A stretch of 64,000 nucleotides of DNA from Candidatus Omnitrophota bacterium (GCA_028870995.1 JAGWOI010000011.1:5373-69372), one strand, 5' to 3'; positions 37,111 to 47,161 are shown, counted from the first letter of the stretch. Program-made: numbers and translations. Notes: generated by a model from the letters alone, not told the origin.

Positions 37111-37474
37111 AATTTTTCTCCAACTGGCTCTCTATAAACTCATTGATGGCCTGACTGTCCTTGGGAGCTATGTCGCTGAAGAAAATGGCCGTGTTGTAAT
37201 ACTCACCGTCATTGGCCGCCTGCACGCGGACGATGACGCCCTGGCAGCTGACTTTTTTGGTCACCATCTTATCATTTCTTTTAAAAGGCAAAAGCAGGTG
37301 GATCTTAAGCTTGGTCATCACTTCAAGCCGCTGCTCGACGCGGCAAAAAGCGCCGGAACAGCTTAAGTTCCAGGTTTCCGTAAGCACATCCCCATGGTCA
37401 CTGGAAATCTTGATGGGGATCTTGCTCTCTAGTCGAGGATGACGGCGCTTTTCCCGGGAAAAATGCGGCGGCAC
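37094..37474 (-). CDS. PilZ-domain protein (c-di-GMP binding)
   Basis: RxxxR (RRHPR) and N-x-S-x-x-G (NLSCSGA) PilZ motifs. The six-frame ORF extends to 37531 and overlaps the zinc-ribbon gene. GTG 37474, preceded by AGGGGGAG, removes the overlap. Confidence 0.6.
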   Translation of the reverse strand: MPPHFSREKRRHPRLESKIPIKISSDHGDVLTETWNLSCSGAFCRVEQRLEVMTKLKIHLLLPFKRNDKMVTKKVSCQGVIVRVQAANDGEYYNTAIFFSDIAPKDSQAINEFIESQLEKNYGKLN

Positions 37475-37487
37475 GGACTCCCCCTTC

Positions 37488-37685
37488 TTAAGCCTGAGGC
37501 TTGTCTTCAGATGCTTTTTCAGCGGCGGCATCCTTCTTGGAGGCCTGGGCCTTTTTGAAACAATTATTATTGCAATAATAGGCGCCGTTGCGATAAAAAC
37601 GCCGTGCTCTTTTTAGCGGTTTTTTACAAGCAGGACAGTTCTTGACTTCTTCGACAACCGGGGCTTGTACGGCAGCTTCAGCCAT
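37488..37685 (-). CDS. small zinc-ribbon protein (C-P-A-C ... C-N-N-N-C)
   Basis: 65 aa with two Cys pairs 17 residues apart, resembling TRASH or YacG-like treble-clef ribbons. Lys/Ala-rich tail. Confidence 0.5.
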   Translation of the reverse strand: MAEAAVQAPVVEEVKNCPACKKPLKRARRFYRNGAYYCNNNCFKKAQASKKDAAAEKASEDKPQA

Positions 37686-37705
37686 AACTCACTTTACTCC
37701 TTATC

Positions 37706-38044
37706 TTATTTAACGTGTTGTTGTAAGCCGGCATAGATCATTGCGCCGATAGCTCTTATACTCTCGTCATCCCTGATAAACTTAAGGCCCGCTTCATAGC
37801 AATCTTCGGAAACCTGGCGTATCCGGACAACCTTGGCCTTGACCCAAATGACCTTGGGCGATTCCAGCGAACGGATCTGCAGTTCCAGGACGGTCCCTAC
37901 AGGCACAAAGCCCTGGACCTTCAAAGAAATGCCGCTTAAACTGATGTTGCGCGCGACACTGCCGTTTACTGAAACCTCGGGAAGCCCAAAGGACACGGCT
38001 TCCGAGAACAAAAATCGCTGGGACGTACGTTTATCACCATCCAT
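37706..38044 (-). CDS. PilZ-domain protein (second copy)
   Basis: KRTSQRF (RxxxR) and NISLSGI (DxSxxG) motifs. 112 aa single-domain PilZ. Confidence 0.6.
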   Translation of the reverse strand: MDGDKRTSQRFLFSEAVSFGLPEVSVNGSVARNISLSGISLKVQGFVPVGTVLELQIRSLESPKVIWVKAKVVRIRQVSEDCYEAGLKFIRDDESIRAIGAMIYAGLQQHVK

Positions 38045-38181
38045 AAGGATTTCAGGCCTTTAATGCCCACCAGTATAGCATATTCAAAAAGGGATACAAC
38101 AGGAAAAAAGGACGGGCGGCAATCTTGCGACTGCCGCCCTGTGGATTGCCGTCCCGCCCCATTTCGGAACGGCGAGGGAGA

Positions 38182-38853
38182 TCACTTTTTCAACAGACGA
38201 TTCAAATAATGGGACGCGTGATCTTTACCGCCTAAACCGAAGGCCAAGCCCAAACCAAGGCTCAAGCCCCCTACCAGCATGGTCAGCGGGGCGCCGGTCA
38301 ACAAGAAACCAAAACCGATCTTGTTGACAAATACACCGACCGCCATCAACACCACCGCCCATCTGGTAAAAGACGCCAACAGGTCCGGCCTGGGCATGCC
38401 TGTATTGGCCGCGATCAGGCGGACAAACAAGCCTACGATATGGGCAAAAAACATGCCTACCATCAAGGTAACGACACCTACCAGCACTGAAGGCACATAG
38501 GCCATGACAGGGCCGGTGATCGGACCGATGATGGTAACGCCCGCATAGGTCAATGCTATGACGAGCGCCGTAATCGTAACGCCCCAGGTCACGACCGTAC
38601 CTATAAGGTCGCTGACCGGACGTTTGATCCCTCCCACTTCCAGGGTGTGCGCCAGACCAATTTCATGGCTAACCTTGTCAACATGGATGTGCTTTAAGAT
38701 AGCAGCAACCAGTTTGCCTGCTTCCCGGGCCACCAATCCGCCCACAACGAGCGCAGCCAACACCCCTAACACGGTAGGGACAAAACTTGATATGATGCTG
38801 AACACCGTACGCAGAGGATCCAGAATGAATGTAATGGTATTCATACGGACCAT
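38182..38853 (-). CDS. polytopic membrane protein with repeated Gly/Val-rich TM helices
   Basis: 223 aa, almost entirely hydrophobic helices with repeated GxxxG-like segments. Family not recognised. Confidence 0.45.
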   Translation of the reverse strand: MVRMNTITFILDPLRTVFSIISSFVPTVLGVLAALVVGGLVAREAGKLVAAILKHIHVDKVSHEIGLAHTLEVGGIKRPVSDLIGTVVTWGVTITALVIALTYAGVTIIGPITGPVMAYVPSVLVGVVTLMVGMFFAHIVGLFVRLIAANTGMPRPDLLASFTRWAVVLMAVGVFVNKIGFGFLLTGAPLTMLVGGLSLGLGLAFGLGGKDHASHYLNRLLKK

Positions 38854-38981
38854 CCTTTCCGTCCCGATACTAGGGACTCACAACCCAAGGGTACGAGGCC
38901 CCTTTAGGCTGCTACCTCAAGAATAACACTTGGTGATGCCAAAACAAGGCCTGGCGGCCGTTTGCAGGAAAACGCTTGCCA

Positions 38982-39020
38982 TAAAAAATCCCCGTCGACA
39001 AAGTCGAACGGGGATTTTGC
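38982..39020 (-). terminator. rho-independent terminator downstream of yceI-like gene
   Basis: Hairpin tccccgtcgac aaag tcgaacgggga with one bulge. Flanked by A-tract on the plus strand (T-tract on minus) and by ttttg on the plus strand, so it may act bidirectionally. Confidence 0.5.
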
Positions 39021-39070
39021 TTTCATCAGAGCCGTAAATTATTTCTTTCCAATAATTTGACTCAACGGCT

Positions 39071-39643
39071 TTATTTCTTGTCCGCCTCAATGCTTATGTT
39101 AATGGCAATATCGTTGGAGACGGCCACACCGCCCTGGTCAAGGGTTTTGTTCCAACTGATGCCCCAATCCTGGCGGTTGATGGTGGTTGAGCCGGTAATA
39201 CCGATGGCCTGACGGCCCATTTCGTTGATCGGACCGGAAATGGTCACCGGGATGGTGATCTTTTTGGTAACACCCTTCATGGTCAGATCACCGGTAATGT
39301 AGCCTGGCGTGAATTTGTCGGCCGCAAAGGTGATGGCGGGGTATTTGGCCGCATCAAAGAAATGCGGGCCTCTTAAATCAGCGTCCCGCATGGCCACCCG
39401 GGTGTTGATGCTGGAGACATCAATAGTCACTTCGGCTTTGGAAGCTGCCAAATCCTTAGGATCATAGGTGATGGTGCCGCTGAACTTATCAAATTCTCCC
39501 GGCACCTGGCTTATCATCATGTGTTTGGCTGTAAATGTAAAAGACGTATGGTTAGGATCGATGACATAGGTGTCCGCGGCAAAAGCCATTGAAGCGGCTG
39601 ATACCATGACCAACAATCCTATTGCGGCAAAACGTTGATGCAT
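39071..39643 (-). CDS. YceI-family periplasmic protein
   Basis: Signal peptide and YceI-like conservation (ITFAADKF...GDLTMKGVTKKI...QDWGISWNK). Confidence 0.8.
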   Translation of the reverse strand: MHQRFAAIGLLVMVSAASMAFAADTYVIDPNHTSFTFTAKHMMISQVPGEFDKFSGTITYDPKDLAASKAEVTIDVSSINTRVAMRDADLRGPHFFDAAKYPAITFAADKFTPGYITGDLTMKGVTKKITIPVTISGPINEMGRQAIGITGSTTINRQDWGISWNKTLDQGGVAVSNDIAINISIEADKK

Positions 39644-39671
39644 ACCCCCTCCTTGTTTATGATTAATAAAC

Positions 39672-40442
39672 TTAATTTTTAAGTCCGATGCCCTTTTTGA
39701 ACAGAAACAGGTTAATGCAGGTCAACACAACGGTAAGGCCAAGCAGGATCAGCAAGCACACGCCCGGATCCACATCAGAAAACCCAAAGAAACCGTACCT
39801 GAAGCCGTTGACCATGTAAACCAGCGGATTGTACAACGAGATCTCCTGCCAGACCTTCGGCAAACTGTGGATCGAATAAAAAACCCCGCCCAGATAAATC
39901 AAAGGCGTCAGAATGAAATTCTGGAAGAACGCCACTTCATCGAAATTCCGGGCGAAAATACCGTTGATCAAGGCCGCCAGGGAGAACAGGATGGAACTTA
40001 ACAGCGTGAACAGGACCACCGCCCAGGCATGGGTGACCATGGGATGGGCAAAACAAAGAGACACCGCAAAGACCAGCACCCCCACCAGGACCCCGCGCAC
40101 GATACCGCCCAGCACATAACCGGTGATGACCACCCAGTCCGGCGTCGGGGAGACAAGGATCTCCTCGATATTGCGCTGGAATTTAGCTCCGTAAAAAGAG
40201 GCCACCACATTGCCGTACGCGCTGCTGATCACCGCCATCATGACAAGACCGGGAACGATAAAAGCCATATAACCGATGCCATTGATGGACCTGACCTGAG
40301 AACCGATGAATTTGCCGAAAATAACGAAATACAACGTCTGGGTGATCAGCGGCGGCAGCAGGGTCTGGGTCCAAATGCGCAGTATCCTGGTCGTCTCTTT
40401 GCGCAGGATGGTCTTTAAGGCTATGTAATATTCCCTCTTCAT
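39672..40442 (-). CDS. ABC-2 type transporter permease
   Basis: 256 aa, 6-TM ABC-2 permease architecture. Overlaps the ATPase gene by 4 nt. Confidence 0.75.
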   Translation of the reverse strand: MKREYYIALKTILRKETTRILRIWTQTLLPPLITQTLYFVIFGKFIGSQVRSINGIGYMAFIVPGLVMMAVISSAYGNVVASFYGAKFQRNIEEILVSPTPDWVVITGYVLGGIVRGVLVGVLVFAVSLCFAHPMVTHAWAVVLFTLLSSILFSLAALINGIFARNFDEVAFFQNFILTPLIYLGGVFYSIHSLPKVWQEISLYNPLVYMVNGFRYGFFGFSDVDPGVCLLILLGLTVVLTCINLFLFKKGIGLKN

Positions 40443-41344
40443 TTGCTGACTATCTCCAAGAATAATTTTTCCAGGCGGTTGCCCTTCGGGTGGAAATCCG
40501 TGATCACAAAACCGCTCTGCGCCAATCTAAGGATCACTTCGTTGAGCTCTTCGCGCTTCTTGATTTCGATATCGAGCGTATGATCATCGACCTTGACGGC
40601 GTTAAAAGCTTGCGCCTTTTCCAGGGAAATCCTCTCCTTGAGCGTTACCCGGTAGGTGTCCTGCGGCATCCTGGTCAACAGGTGGCGCACGTTATCCAAG
40701 AGCACGATCTCACCTTCCTTGATGATGGCGCAATTACGGCACATCTGCTCCACTTCTTCGAGGTAATGCGTCGTCAACAAAATGGTGGTCCCCTGAGCAT
40801 TGATGTGCCTCAAATATTCCCACATGCCGTGGCGCAACTCCACATCGACTCCGGCCGTAGGCTCGTCTAAGATCAGCATGCGCGGATGGTGGATGAGGCC
40901 GCGGGCGATCATCAAACGGCGTTTCATCCCTCCGGAAAGTGTGCGTGCAATGGCCCGGCGCTTTTCCCAGAGCCCCACCCGTTTAAGGATTCCTTCGGAA
41001 TCCCTGACCGCGATCGAGTCATCAATGCCGAAATAGCCGGCTTGATTGACCACGATGTCCTGGACCCTCTCGAACATATGAAAATTGAATTCCTGGGGAA
41101 CGACCCCGATGCTCTTTTTGGCGCCTTCAAAATCAACGTCGATATCATTGCCGAAGATCTTAACCTGGCCGCCGGTCTTGTTGACCAATCCGGTCAGGAT
41201 GCCGATAAGCGTCGTCTTGCCGGCGCCATTGGCCCCCAAAAGCGCGAAGAAATCGCCTTGGGCCACGCACAAATCGACGCCCTTAAGCGCCTTCACGCCC
41301 CCTTTGTAGGTCTTGACCAAATTTTTGATTTCAATAGCGTTCAT
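40439..41344 (-). CDS. ABC transporter ATP-binding protein
   Basis: Walker A (GANGAGKTT), signature (LSGGMKRRL) and Walker B (ILDEPTAGVD). Confidence 0.85.
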   Translation of the reverse strand: MNAIEIKNLVKTYKGGVKALKGVDLCVAQGDFFALLGANGAGKTTLIGILTGLVNKTGGQVKIFGNDIDVDFEGAKKSIGVVPQEFNFHMFERVQDIVVNQAGYFGIDDSIAVRDSEGILKRVGLWEKRRAIARTLSGGMKRRLMIARGLIHHPRMLILDEPTAGVDVELRHGMWEYLRHINAQGTTILLTTHYLEEVEQMCRNCAIIKEGEIVLLDNVRHLLTRMPQDTYRVTLKERISLEKAQAFNAVKVDDHTLDIEIKKREELNEVILRLAQSGFVITDFHPKGNRLEKLFLEIVSK

Positions 41345-42132
41345 TTTTTAATGACGATGACTTCCTCAAGTTCTGAAAAATCCACGGCCGGCAGCACCAG
41401 GCAATCGACACTGTGGCTGTTAACCGAAGCGCGCACATCGGAAATTTTGCCGATCAACAGCCCGACGGGAAAAGCCGTGCTCAAACGCGAGGTCACCAGC
41501 ACGTCCCCCACCTTCACATCCGCGTTTGACGTCAAATATTGCAATCGCAGTTCCCCCTGCAAGGTCCCGGTCAAAAGCCCGTTTTCCCTGGAACGCTGGT
41601 CCACGGCAGCAACGGCGAAAGAAGGATCAGAAAGCAGGATCACCTTGGCCGTGTGTTCCCCCACCTCATAGATCCTTCCCACCACCCCCAAAGCATTGAC
41701 CACCGGCTGGCCCGCTTCAAGCCCTTCGGCGTGCCCCTTGTCGATGATCAAGGAGGCGTTCCAATCCGAAGGGTCGCGGCCGACCACATCCGCCACCACG
41801 GATTGGTAACCTTGATTCAGGCGGAAGGCCTGAATTTTTTCAAAGCGTCCTTCGGCCTGTTCGTTCTCCCGCATGGCGATCAACTTGGCTTTCAACACCT
41901 GGTTTTGCCTTTTGAACCGCACATATTCATCAAAGGTCTCCCGATAATAAAACAATTTCTTCAATTCAAAGGCAGGCACCTCCCATAGGCTCACCGGCCC
42001 GGCCACAGAGTCTAATAATCCTGCCGCTCTATAATTCTTGGGATGAAAAAAAAGAATCAAGAAGGGAACGACGATAACGGCGGTATACGCGACAGCCTTG
42101 ACGGCCTCTTTTTTGAAGATTGAGCGCCACAC
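41341..42132 (-). CDS. mreC: rod shape-determining protein MreC
   Basis: N-terminal TM, a coiled-coil segment (ENEQ...), then beta-rich MreC domain (GDVLVTSRLSTAFPVGLLIGKISDV). Directly after mreB. Confidence 0.75.
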   Translation of the reverse strand: MWRSIFKKEAVKAVAYTAVIVVPFLILFFHPKNYRAAGLLDSVAGPVSLWEVPAFELKKLFYYRETFDEYVRFKRQNQVLKAKLIAMRENEQAEGRFEKIQAFRLNQGYQSVVADVVGRDPSDWNASLIIDKGHAEGLEAGQPVVNALGVVGRIYEVGEHTAKVILLSDPSFAVAAVDQRSRENGLLTGTLQGELRLQYLTSNADVKVGDVLVTSRLSTAFPVGLLIGKISDVRASVNSHSVDCLVLPAVDFSELEEVIVIKK

Positions 42133-42139
42133 GATTCAC

Positions 42140-43213
42140 TTAGAAATCTAATTTCGCCTGGGCGGTAAACCGCCGGCGCATCATCGGAGACATGTTAAGG
42201 GTCGCCCCTGTCCCGTTGACAACGGCAGTCAAGGGATCATCAGCCACATGGACCGGCAAGCCGGTCTCTTCGGCTATACGCTTGTCCAATCCTCTCAAGA
42301 GGGAGCCGCCGCCGGCCATGACAATGCCGCGGTCGATCAAATCCGAGGCCAGTTCCGGCGGCGTGTGTTCCAGGGTCGATTTGGACGCATCCACGATGGC
42401 CTGCACAGGGTCCTGCAGGGCTTCACGGATTTCCACGGAAGTCACGTTGATCGTCTTGGGCAGGCCGGCAATGAGGTCGCGGCCGCGCACATCCATGTTC
42501 AATTCCTCTTCCAAGGGGTAGGCCGAACCCAGACGGATCTTGATCTCCTCGGCGGTGCGTTCGCCGATCATCAAATTATAAGTCTTGCGCAAATATTCGA
42601 TAATGGCCATGTCCATCTCATCGCCGGCGATGCGGATGGATTTGGCGTACACCAGCCCCCCTAAGGAAATCACGGCAAATTCGGTGGTACCGCCGCCGAT
42701 GTCGATGATCATGTTGCCGGCCGGCTCATGCACCGGAAGGCCGACACCGATGGCCGCCGCCTTGGGCTCTTCGATCAGGATCACGTTGCGCGCCCCGGCG
42801 TGCTCGGCGGAATCGATGACCGCGCGCTTCTCCACCTGAGTGATCCCTGACGGAATGGCAATGACGATCGTCGGACGGAAAGAAAAACGGTTGGGCTGGA
42901 CCTTCTTGATGAAATATTTAAGCATGGCCTCGGTCACTTCAAAGTCTGAAATGACGCCGTCCTTCATGGGACGAATGGCCACGATGCTGCCCGGCGTGCG
43001 GCCCAGCATGCGTTTGGCCTCCTCGCCCACCGCCACGACATGGTTGGAATCTTTTTCAATGGCCACGACCGAAGGTTCGCACAGGACCACCCCTTCACCT
43101 TTAACATAAACAAGGGTGGTGGCCGTGCCCAGGTCTATGCCTATGTCCTTGGAAAACAAACCCAGGGCCTGGTCATATATCAATTTAAAAAACTTCTTAA
43201 GTTGATTAATCAT
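42140..43213 (-). CDS. mreB: rod shape-determining actin homologue MreB
   Basis: [22 protein letters not shown]..., actin-fold phosphate motifs, 357 aa. Confidence 0.92.
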   Translation of the reverse strand: MINQLKKFFKLIYDQALGLFSKDIGIDLGTATTLVYVKGEGVVLCEPSVVAIEKDSNHVVAVGEEAKRMLGRTPGSIVAIRPMKDGVISDFEVTEAMLKYFIKKVQPNRFSFRPTIVIAIPSGITQVEKRAVIDSAEHAGARNVILIEEPKAAAIGVGLPVHEPAGNMIIDIGGGTTEFAVISLGGLVYAKSIRIAGDEMDMAIIEYLRKTYNLMIGERTAEEIKIRLGSAYPLEEELNMDVRGRDLIAGLPKTINVTSVEIREALQDPVQAIVDASKSTLEHTPPELASDLIDRGIVMAGGGSLLRGLDKRIAEETGLPVHVADDPLTAVVNGTGATLNMSPMMRRRFTAQAKLDF

Positions 43214-43319
43214 GAGGAACCATATTAACGAAAAGCCCCTGGACTGTCAAACGATTTATAAGGCCGATTCTGCTGATAAAAGATTGTGGAATCTTTGGAA
43301 GTCCCAGCCACTGCTTTAA

Positions 43320-44552
43320 TTAGGACAAGGCGCCCAAGGCTTTCATGTCGTTGATGAAAGAGGGATAGGACTTGCGGCAGGATTCGATGCCGGCCACCCG
43401 GCAGCCGATCTTAAGCCCCAGAACCGTGAAGGCCATGGCCAAACGGTGGTCATGATGAGAATCCAGCAACTGACCGCTTCTATACCGGGGCCGGGGCTTG
43501 ACAGTCAGGCTGTCGCTTGTTTCAATCACGCGGGCGCCGACCTTTAAAAGTTCAGCCCTCAAATCGCTGATGCGGTCGGATTCCTTGGCCCGGGCATGGC
43601 GGATGCCGACGAGACGGGTCTGCCCTTCGGCAAAAAGCGCCAATACGGCCATGACAGGCACCAGGTCCGGGCAGTCCTTCAAGGAGAATGTCCCTCCTTT
43701 TAAATCAAACGGCCCTTTGATTTTAATGGCCCGGGTGGTTTTGGTGAAATCAGCGCCCATGGCCTTCAAAAATTCCAGGATATGCCCGTCCGATTGGATC
43801 AGGTTGTCCTGAAAGTTTCCCAGTAAGCTCACTTGCGACGGCAGAAGGACAGCCGCAGCCATGGGAAAAGCCGCCAGGCCGTAGTCGGAAGGCACAACAA
43901 AATCCTTTAAACCTTTAAAACGCTGGCCGCCCTTGATGCGGTACTCCCTGGCGGAAACGCGTTTGATGACGATCCCCGCCCTGGCTAAAATCTGAATGGT
44001 CATTTGGATATAATCCTGGGACACCAGTTCCCTGCCTGTCAATACCACCTGCGAATCATTGGGCAAGGCGGGCAGGGCGATCAAAAGGCTGGAAATAAAC
44101 TGGGAGCTTAAGGACCCGTCGATGGCCACGCGGCCGCCGCGCAAAGAACCGCCGTTAAAGACGATCGGCACCGATTCCTTGGGACCGACCCCCCTGATGT
44201 CCATGCCCTGCCCTCTTAAGGAGGCGCATAAATGCGCATTGGGCCGTCCCACCAGGGTGCCTTTGCCCTTCACCACGGCTTGGGTTGTGTGGAAAGGCAG
44301 CAAGGGAAGTAAAAACCTTAAGGTCGTCCCCGATTCTCCGACGGAAAAGACCCGGGACTTGGACATCGAAAAAGCCTTCAGGGCTGCGGCGGTTTCGGAG
44401 GCCGCCAACGCATCATCACAATCGGATGCGTGTTTGATCCGGGATTTCCCTCCCCGGGCGGCGATGATATGCGCACGGATCGAATAGGATTTGGATGCCG
44501 GCAGGCGGACCGTGCCGCTCAGGCGTTGGACAGGCAGGCAATTTAAAATCAC
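43320..44552 (-). CDS. aroA: 3-phosphoshikimate 1-carboxyvinyltransferase (EPSP synthase)
   Basis: GTVRLPASKSYSIRAHIIAA N-terminal motif and two-domain enolpyruvyl transferase fold. 410 aa. Confidence 0.8.
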   Translation of the reverse strand: MILNCLPVQRLSGTVRLPASKSYSIRAHIIAARGGKSRIKHASDCDDALAASETAAALKAFSMSKSRVFSVGESGTTLRFLLPLLPFHTTQAVVKGKGTLVGRPNAHLCASLRGQGMDIRGVGPKESVPIVFNGGSLRGGRVAIDGSLSSQFISSLLIALPALPNDSQVVLTGRELVSQDYIQMTIQILARAGIVIKRVSAREYRIKGGQRFKGLKDFVVPSDYGLAAFPMAAAVLLPSQVSLLGNFQDNLIQSDGHILEFLKAMGADFTKTTRAIKIKGPFDLKGGTFSLKDCPDLVPVMAVLALFAEGQTRLVGIRHARAKESDRISDLRAELLKVGARVIETSDSLTVKPRPRYRSGQLLDSHHDHRLAMAFTVLGLKIGCRVAGIESCRKSYPSFINDMKALGALS

Positions 44553-45373
44553 GGCTTTAAAACCACGGTATCGTTTTTGTGGACATCCTTGCTGACCAGC
44601 GGAGGGATAATATCGGCGGCGGACATCTCGTCCTGGACCCTGGCGGCCTTGATGTCGCCCAAATACTTGTTGTCGCGGTAAACGCCCAGGATATCATCAG
44701 GCCTGATGCCCTGTTTTAAACCAAGATTGAAGATCACAAATTCCGCATCCGAGTCGACACTTAAGATCTTTCCCTGGACATTGCCGTTCTGGCTTCCGAC
44801 GACGATCTTGCCCAATTCCATGGAGCTCTTGTCGCCTTGCGGGCCTGCCGCCGGGGTGACGCCGGGACCGCTCAAGGCATTGATCCTGGCCTGCATATCC
44901 TGATTGCTTTGGGTCAGGCTGGAGAGCTTGGCCTCCAGCTCCTTGCTCTTGTCTTCGGAAGTTTTCAATAATTGCTGGTATTGAGTCAACTTGGAGGCGG
45001 CATCATCCAGATCCGCCTTCATTTTTTCCCTGGCTTGAGTGAGGCTTGCCAACTGGTCTTTGAGCCCGGCATTCTCTTTTTTCAATGCCGCGCGCAGGCC
45101 CTCATTCAAATCACGTTCATCGAGCAGATTGTTGATCTTCTGCTCATCCTCTTTATTTTTATCTTCAACCAAGGTCAATTGGCCCTGGACATTCTTAAGT
45201 TCAGTCTGGAGCTTGAGCACATCGGCACGGCTATTGTCCAGCTCGCCCTGCTCATTCTTATACATGCGTTTTTCCAGCTGGTAAAGATAAAAACCAATGC
45301 TCGTTGAAGCCATCAACAAGATGACGATCAAAATAATGAAAATGGTGAGGGTTTTCCCAAATTTATTCAACAT
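44549..45373 (-). CDS. membrane-anchored coiled-coil protein (hypothetical)
   Basis: N-terminal TM helix, about 170 aa of coiled coil (LQTELKNVQGQLTLVEDKNKEDEQ...) and a C-terminal globular domain of about 70 aa. Confidence 0.5.
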   Translation of the reverse strand: MLNKFGKTLTIFIILIVILLMASTSIGFYLYQLEKRMYKNEQGELDNSRADVLKLQTELKNVQGQLTLVEDKNKEDEQKINNLLDERDLNEGLRAALKKENAGLKDQLASLTQAREKMKADLDDAASKLTQYQQLLKTSEDKSKELEAKLSSLTQSNQDMQARINALSGPGVTPAAGPQGDKSSMELGKIVVGSQNGNVQGKILSVDSDAEFVIFNLGLKQGIRPDDILGVYRDNKYLGDIKAARVQDEMSAADIIPPLVSKDVHKNDTVVLKP

Positions 45374-45450
45374 AAATCATAAGATAGGGCATGTTTTTTA
45401 AGTGTTAATGTACATTATAAAAAGAACGTAAAGCTCCGTAAAGATTAAAA

Positions 45451-46350
45451 TTAGAAATCATCCTTCAGAAACTCGGGCGGCGTGGGGCAGGAAAATTCGA
45501 CATAGGCCTTGGTAACAGGATGAATGAAGCCGATGCTTTGGGCATGAAGGGCCAGGCGGGGGAAATTGTCCTTGCGGCCGTACTTCTCGTCACCCAAGAT
45601 CGTGTGGCCGAGATGCTTCATGTGGACGCGCAACTGGTGGGTACGCCCGGTCTGAGGGAAAAGCGCTATCAGGGTCGAACGGGAAAAACGATTGAGCACC
45701 TGGTATAAGGTGACCGCCTCCTTGCCTTTTCCCTCGGCCGCCACCTGCCGCTGGTCATGGAATTTTTTGTGCTTCTCCAGAGGTACATCCACGACCCCCT
45801 GGTCAAACTGAACCTTCCCTTCGACCCGTGCCACGTAGCGCTTCATCACCGTATGTTTTTCAAATTGCCGGCCCAACCGGGCATGGGCCAGATTGGTTTT
45901 GGCAATGAGAAGCAATCCCGACGTATCACGGTCCAGACGATGGACAATACCGGGACGGTCAGCGCCGCCGGCATCCGAAAGCTCCTGATAATGATAGATC
46001 AAGGCATTGACCAGGGTGCCGCTTTTGTGGCCGCTGGCCGGGTGCACGCTCAAGCCTGAGGGCTTATTGATGACAAGCATGTCCCCGTCTTCATAAAAAA
46101 TGTCCAGGTCCATCTTTTCGGCCGCAAGGTCCTTGGGCGCCCAGGCCTGCCGGTCGATGTCGACATCGATGGCATCCCCCGTCGCAACCTTATATTTTGT
46201 TTTTTCCTGACGGCCGTTGACCTTGACCGATCCGGCCTCGATCATTTTCTTGATGAACATGCGGGAAGGCACATCCGGCAGGGCTTGGGTCAGATAAACA
46301 TCCAAACGCAACCCCTTATGTTCTTCGCTGACGGTGTGTGTTTGTTTCAT
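45451..46350 (-). CDS. rluD: 23S rRNA pseudouridine synthase, RluD-type with N-terminal S4 domain
   Basis: S4 domain (LRLDVYLTQ...) followed by catalytic HRLDRDTSGLLLIAK. Confidence 0.82.
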   Translation of the reverse strand: MKQTHTVSEEHKGLRLDVYLTQALPDVPSRMFIKKMIEAGSVKVNGRQEKTKYKVATGDAIDVDIDRQAWAPKDLAAEKMDLDIFYEDGDMLVINKPSGLSVHPASGHKSGTLVNALIYHYQELSDAGGADRPGIVHRLDRDTSGLLLIAKTNLAHARLGRQFEKHTVMKRYVARVEGKVQFDQGVVDVPLEKHKKFHDQRQVAAEGKGKEAVTLYQVLNRFSRSTLIALFPQTGRTHQLRVHMKHLGHTILGDEKYGRKDNFPRLALHAQSIGFIHPVTKAYVEFSCPTPPEFLKDDF

Positions 46351-47068
46351 GCGAAAAGACCTTGATTAGGATAAGACCAGCTGCAAAGACCGCCAGGGCG
46401 ACATACTGGGCGAGGGTCAAGCCAAAAGGAGCGGGAACGGTATCTCCGCGGAAGAATTCAACGATAAAACGCTCCATGGCGGCCAGCAGCAGGTAAAAGG
46501 CAAAAATAATGCCGGGCGCGTGGGGTTTTTGTCGAGCGGCCTTGAGGACCAAAAAGATGATAAACAGCATACCGCACTCAAAAAGCTGGGTGGGAAAAAG
46601 CCTGGCATGATGCACCGGATAATAAAGCCCCCAGGATACGGGCTTGCCGTAGCAGCAGCCTTTAAAAAAACAGCCGATGCGGCCGATGGATTGACCCAGG
46701 GCGATATAGGGCGCTGTCAGGTCCATGACCGGCCTTATGGACAATTTGTGCCGGCGCGCGAACCATAGGCCGGAGGCGATACCGCCGATAAAACCGCCTT
46801 GCCAGGCAAGCCCGCCCTGCCAGATCATGGGGATCTCAATGGGATTGGCCATATAATAAGGCCATTCAAGAAAAATGTAAAAGATCCTGGCCCCCAGAAA
46901 TCCGCCGATCATGCACCAGAACACCAGGTCATAGGCCGCCTCCTGGGACATGTTGTACTGCTTGGCATCAAGGCTCAAAGCCCAGCTGCAGACCAGCACG
47001 GCGATGGCGAGCATGACACCGTAACTGTAGATGGTAAAGGGACCGATGGTAAAAAGGATTGGATGCAT
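46316..47068 (-). CDS. lgt: prolipoprotein diacylglyceryl transferase
   Basis: Lgt signature (Y...GRIGCFFKGCCYGKP, H103/Y235-type conserved residues). 250 aa polytopic. Confidence 0.88.
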   Translation of the reverse strand: MHPILFTIGPFTIYSYGVMLAIAVLVCSWALSLDAKQYNMSQEAAYDLVFWCMIGGFLGARIFYIFLEWPYYMANPIEIPMIWQGGLAWQGGFIGGIASGLWFARRHKLSIRPVMDLTAPYIALGQSIGRIGCFFKGCCYGKPVSWGLYYPVHHARLFPTQLFECGMLFIIFLVLKAARQKPHAPGIIFAFYLLLAAMERFIVEFFRGDTVPAPFGLTLAQYVALAVFAAGLILIKVFSHETNTHRQRRT

Positions 47069-47073
47069 AAAAA

Positions 47074-47156
47074 CCGGGACACAAGATCCCCTACTCCTTG
47101 CTCTGCATTACTTAATCCCCGCGGACAAACAAGAAACAGGTAATCTTGTGTCCCGG
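47074..47156. other. 14-bp perfect inverted repeat separated by a 55-nt spacer between lspA and lgt
   Basis: ccgggacacaagat at 47074-47087 and atcttgtgtcccgg at 47143-47156, extended by flanking A and T runs to give an 18-bp arm. Confidence 0.5.
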
Positions 47157-47161
47157 TTTTT

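Noticed and set aside
40886-41671. 261-aa plus-strand ORF spanning the ABC ATPase and mreC
   Set aside because: It is antisense to two well-supported genes and spans their junction, which is implausible for a real gene.
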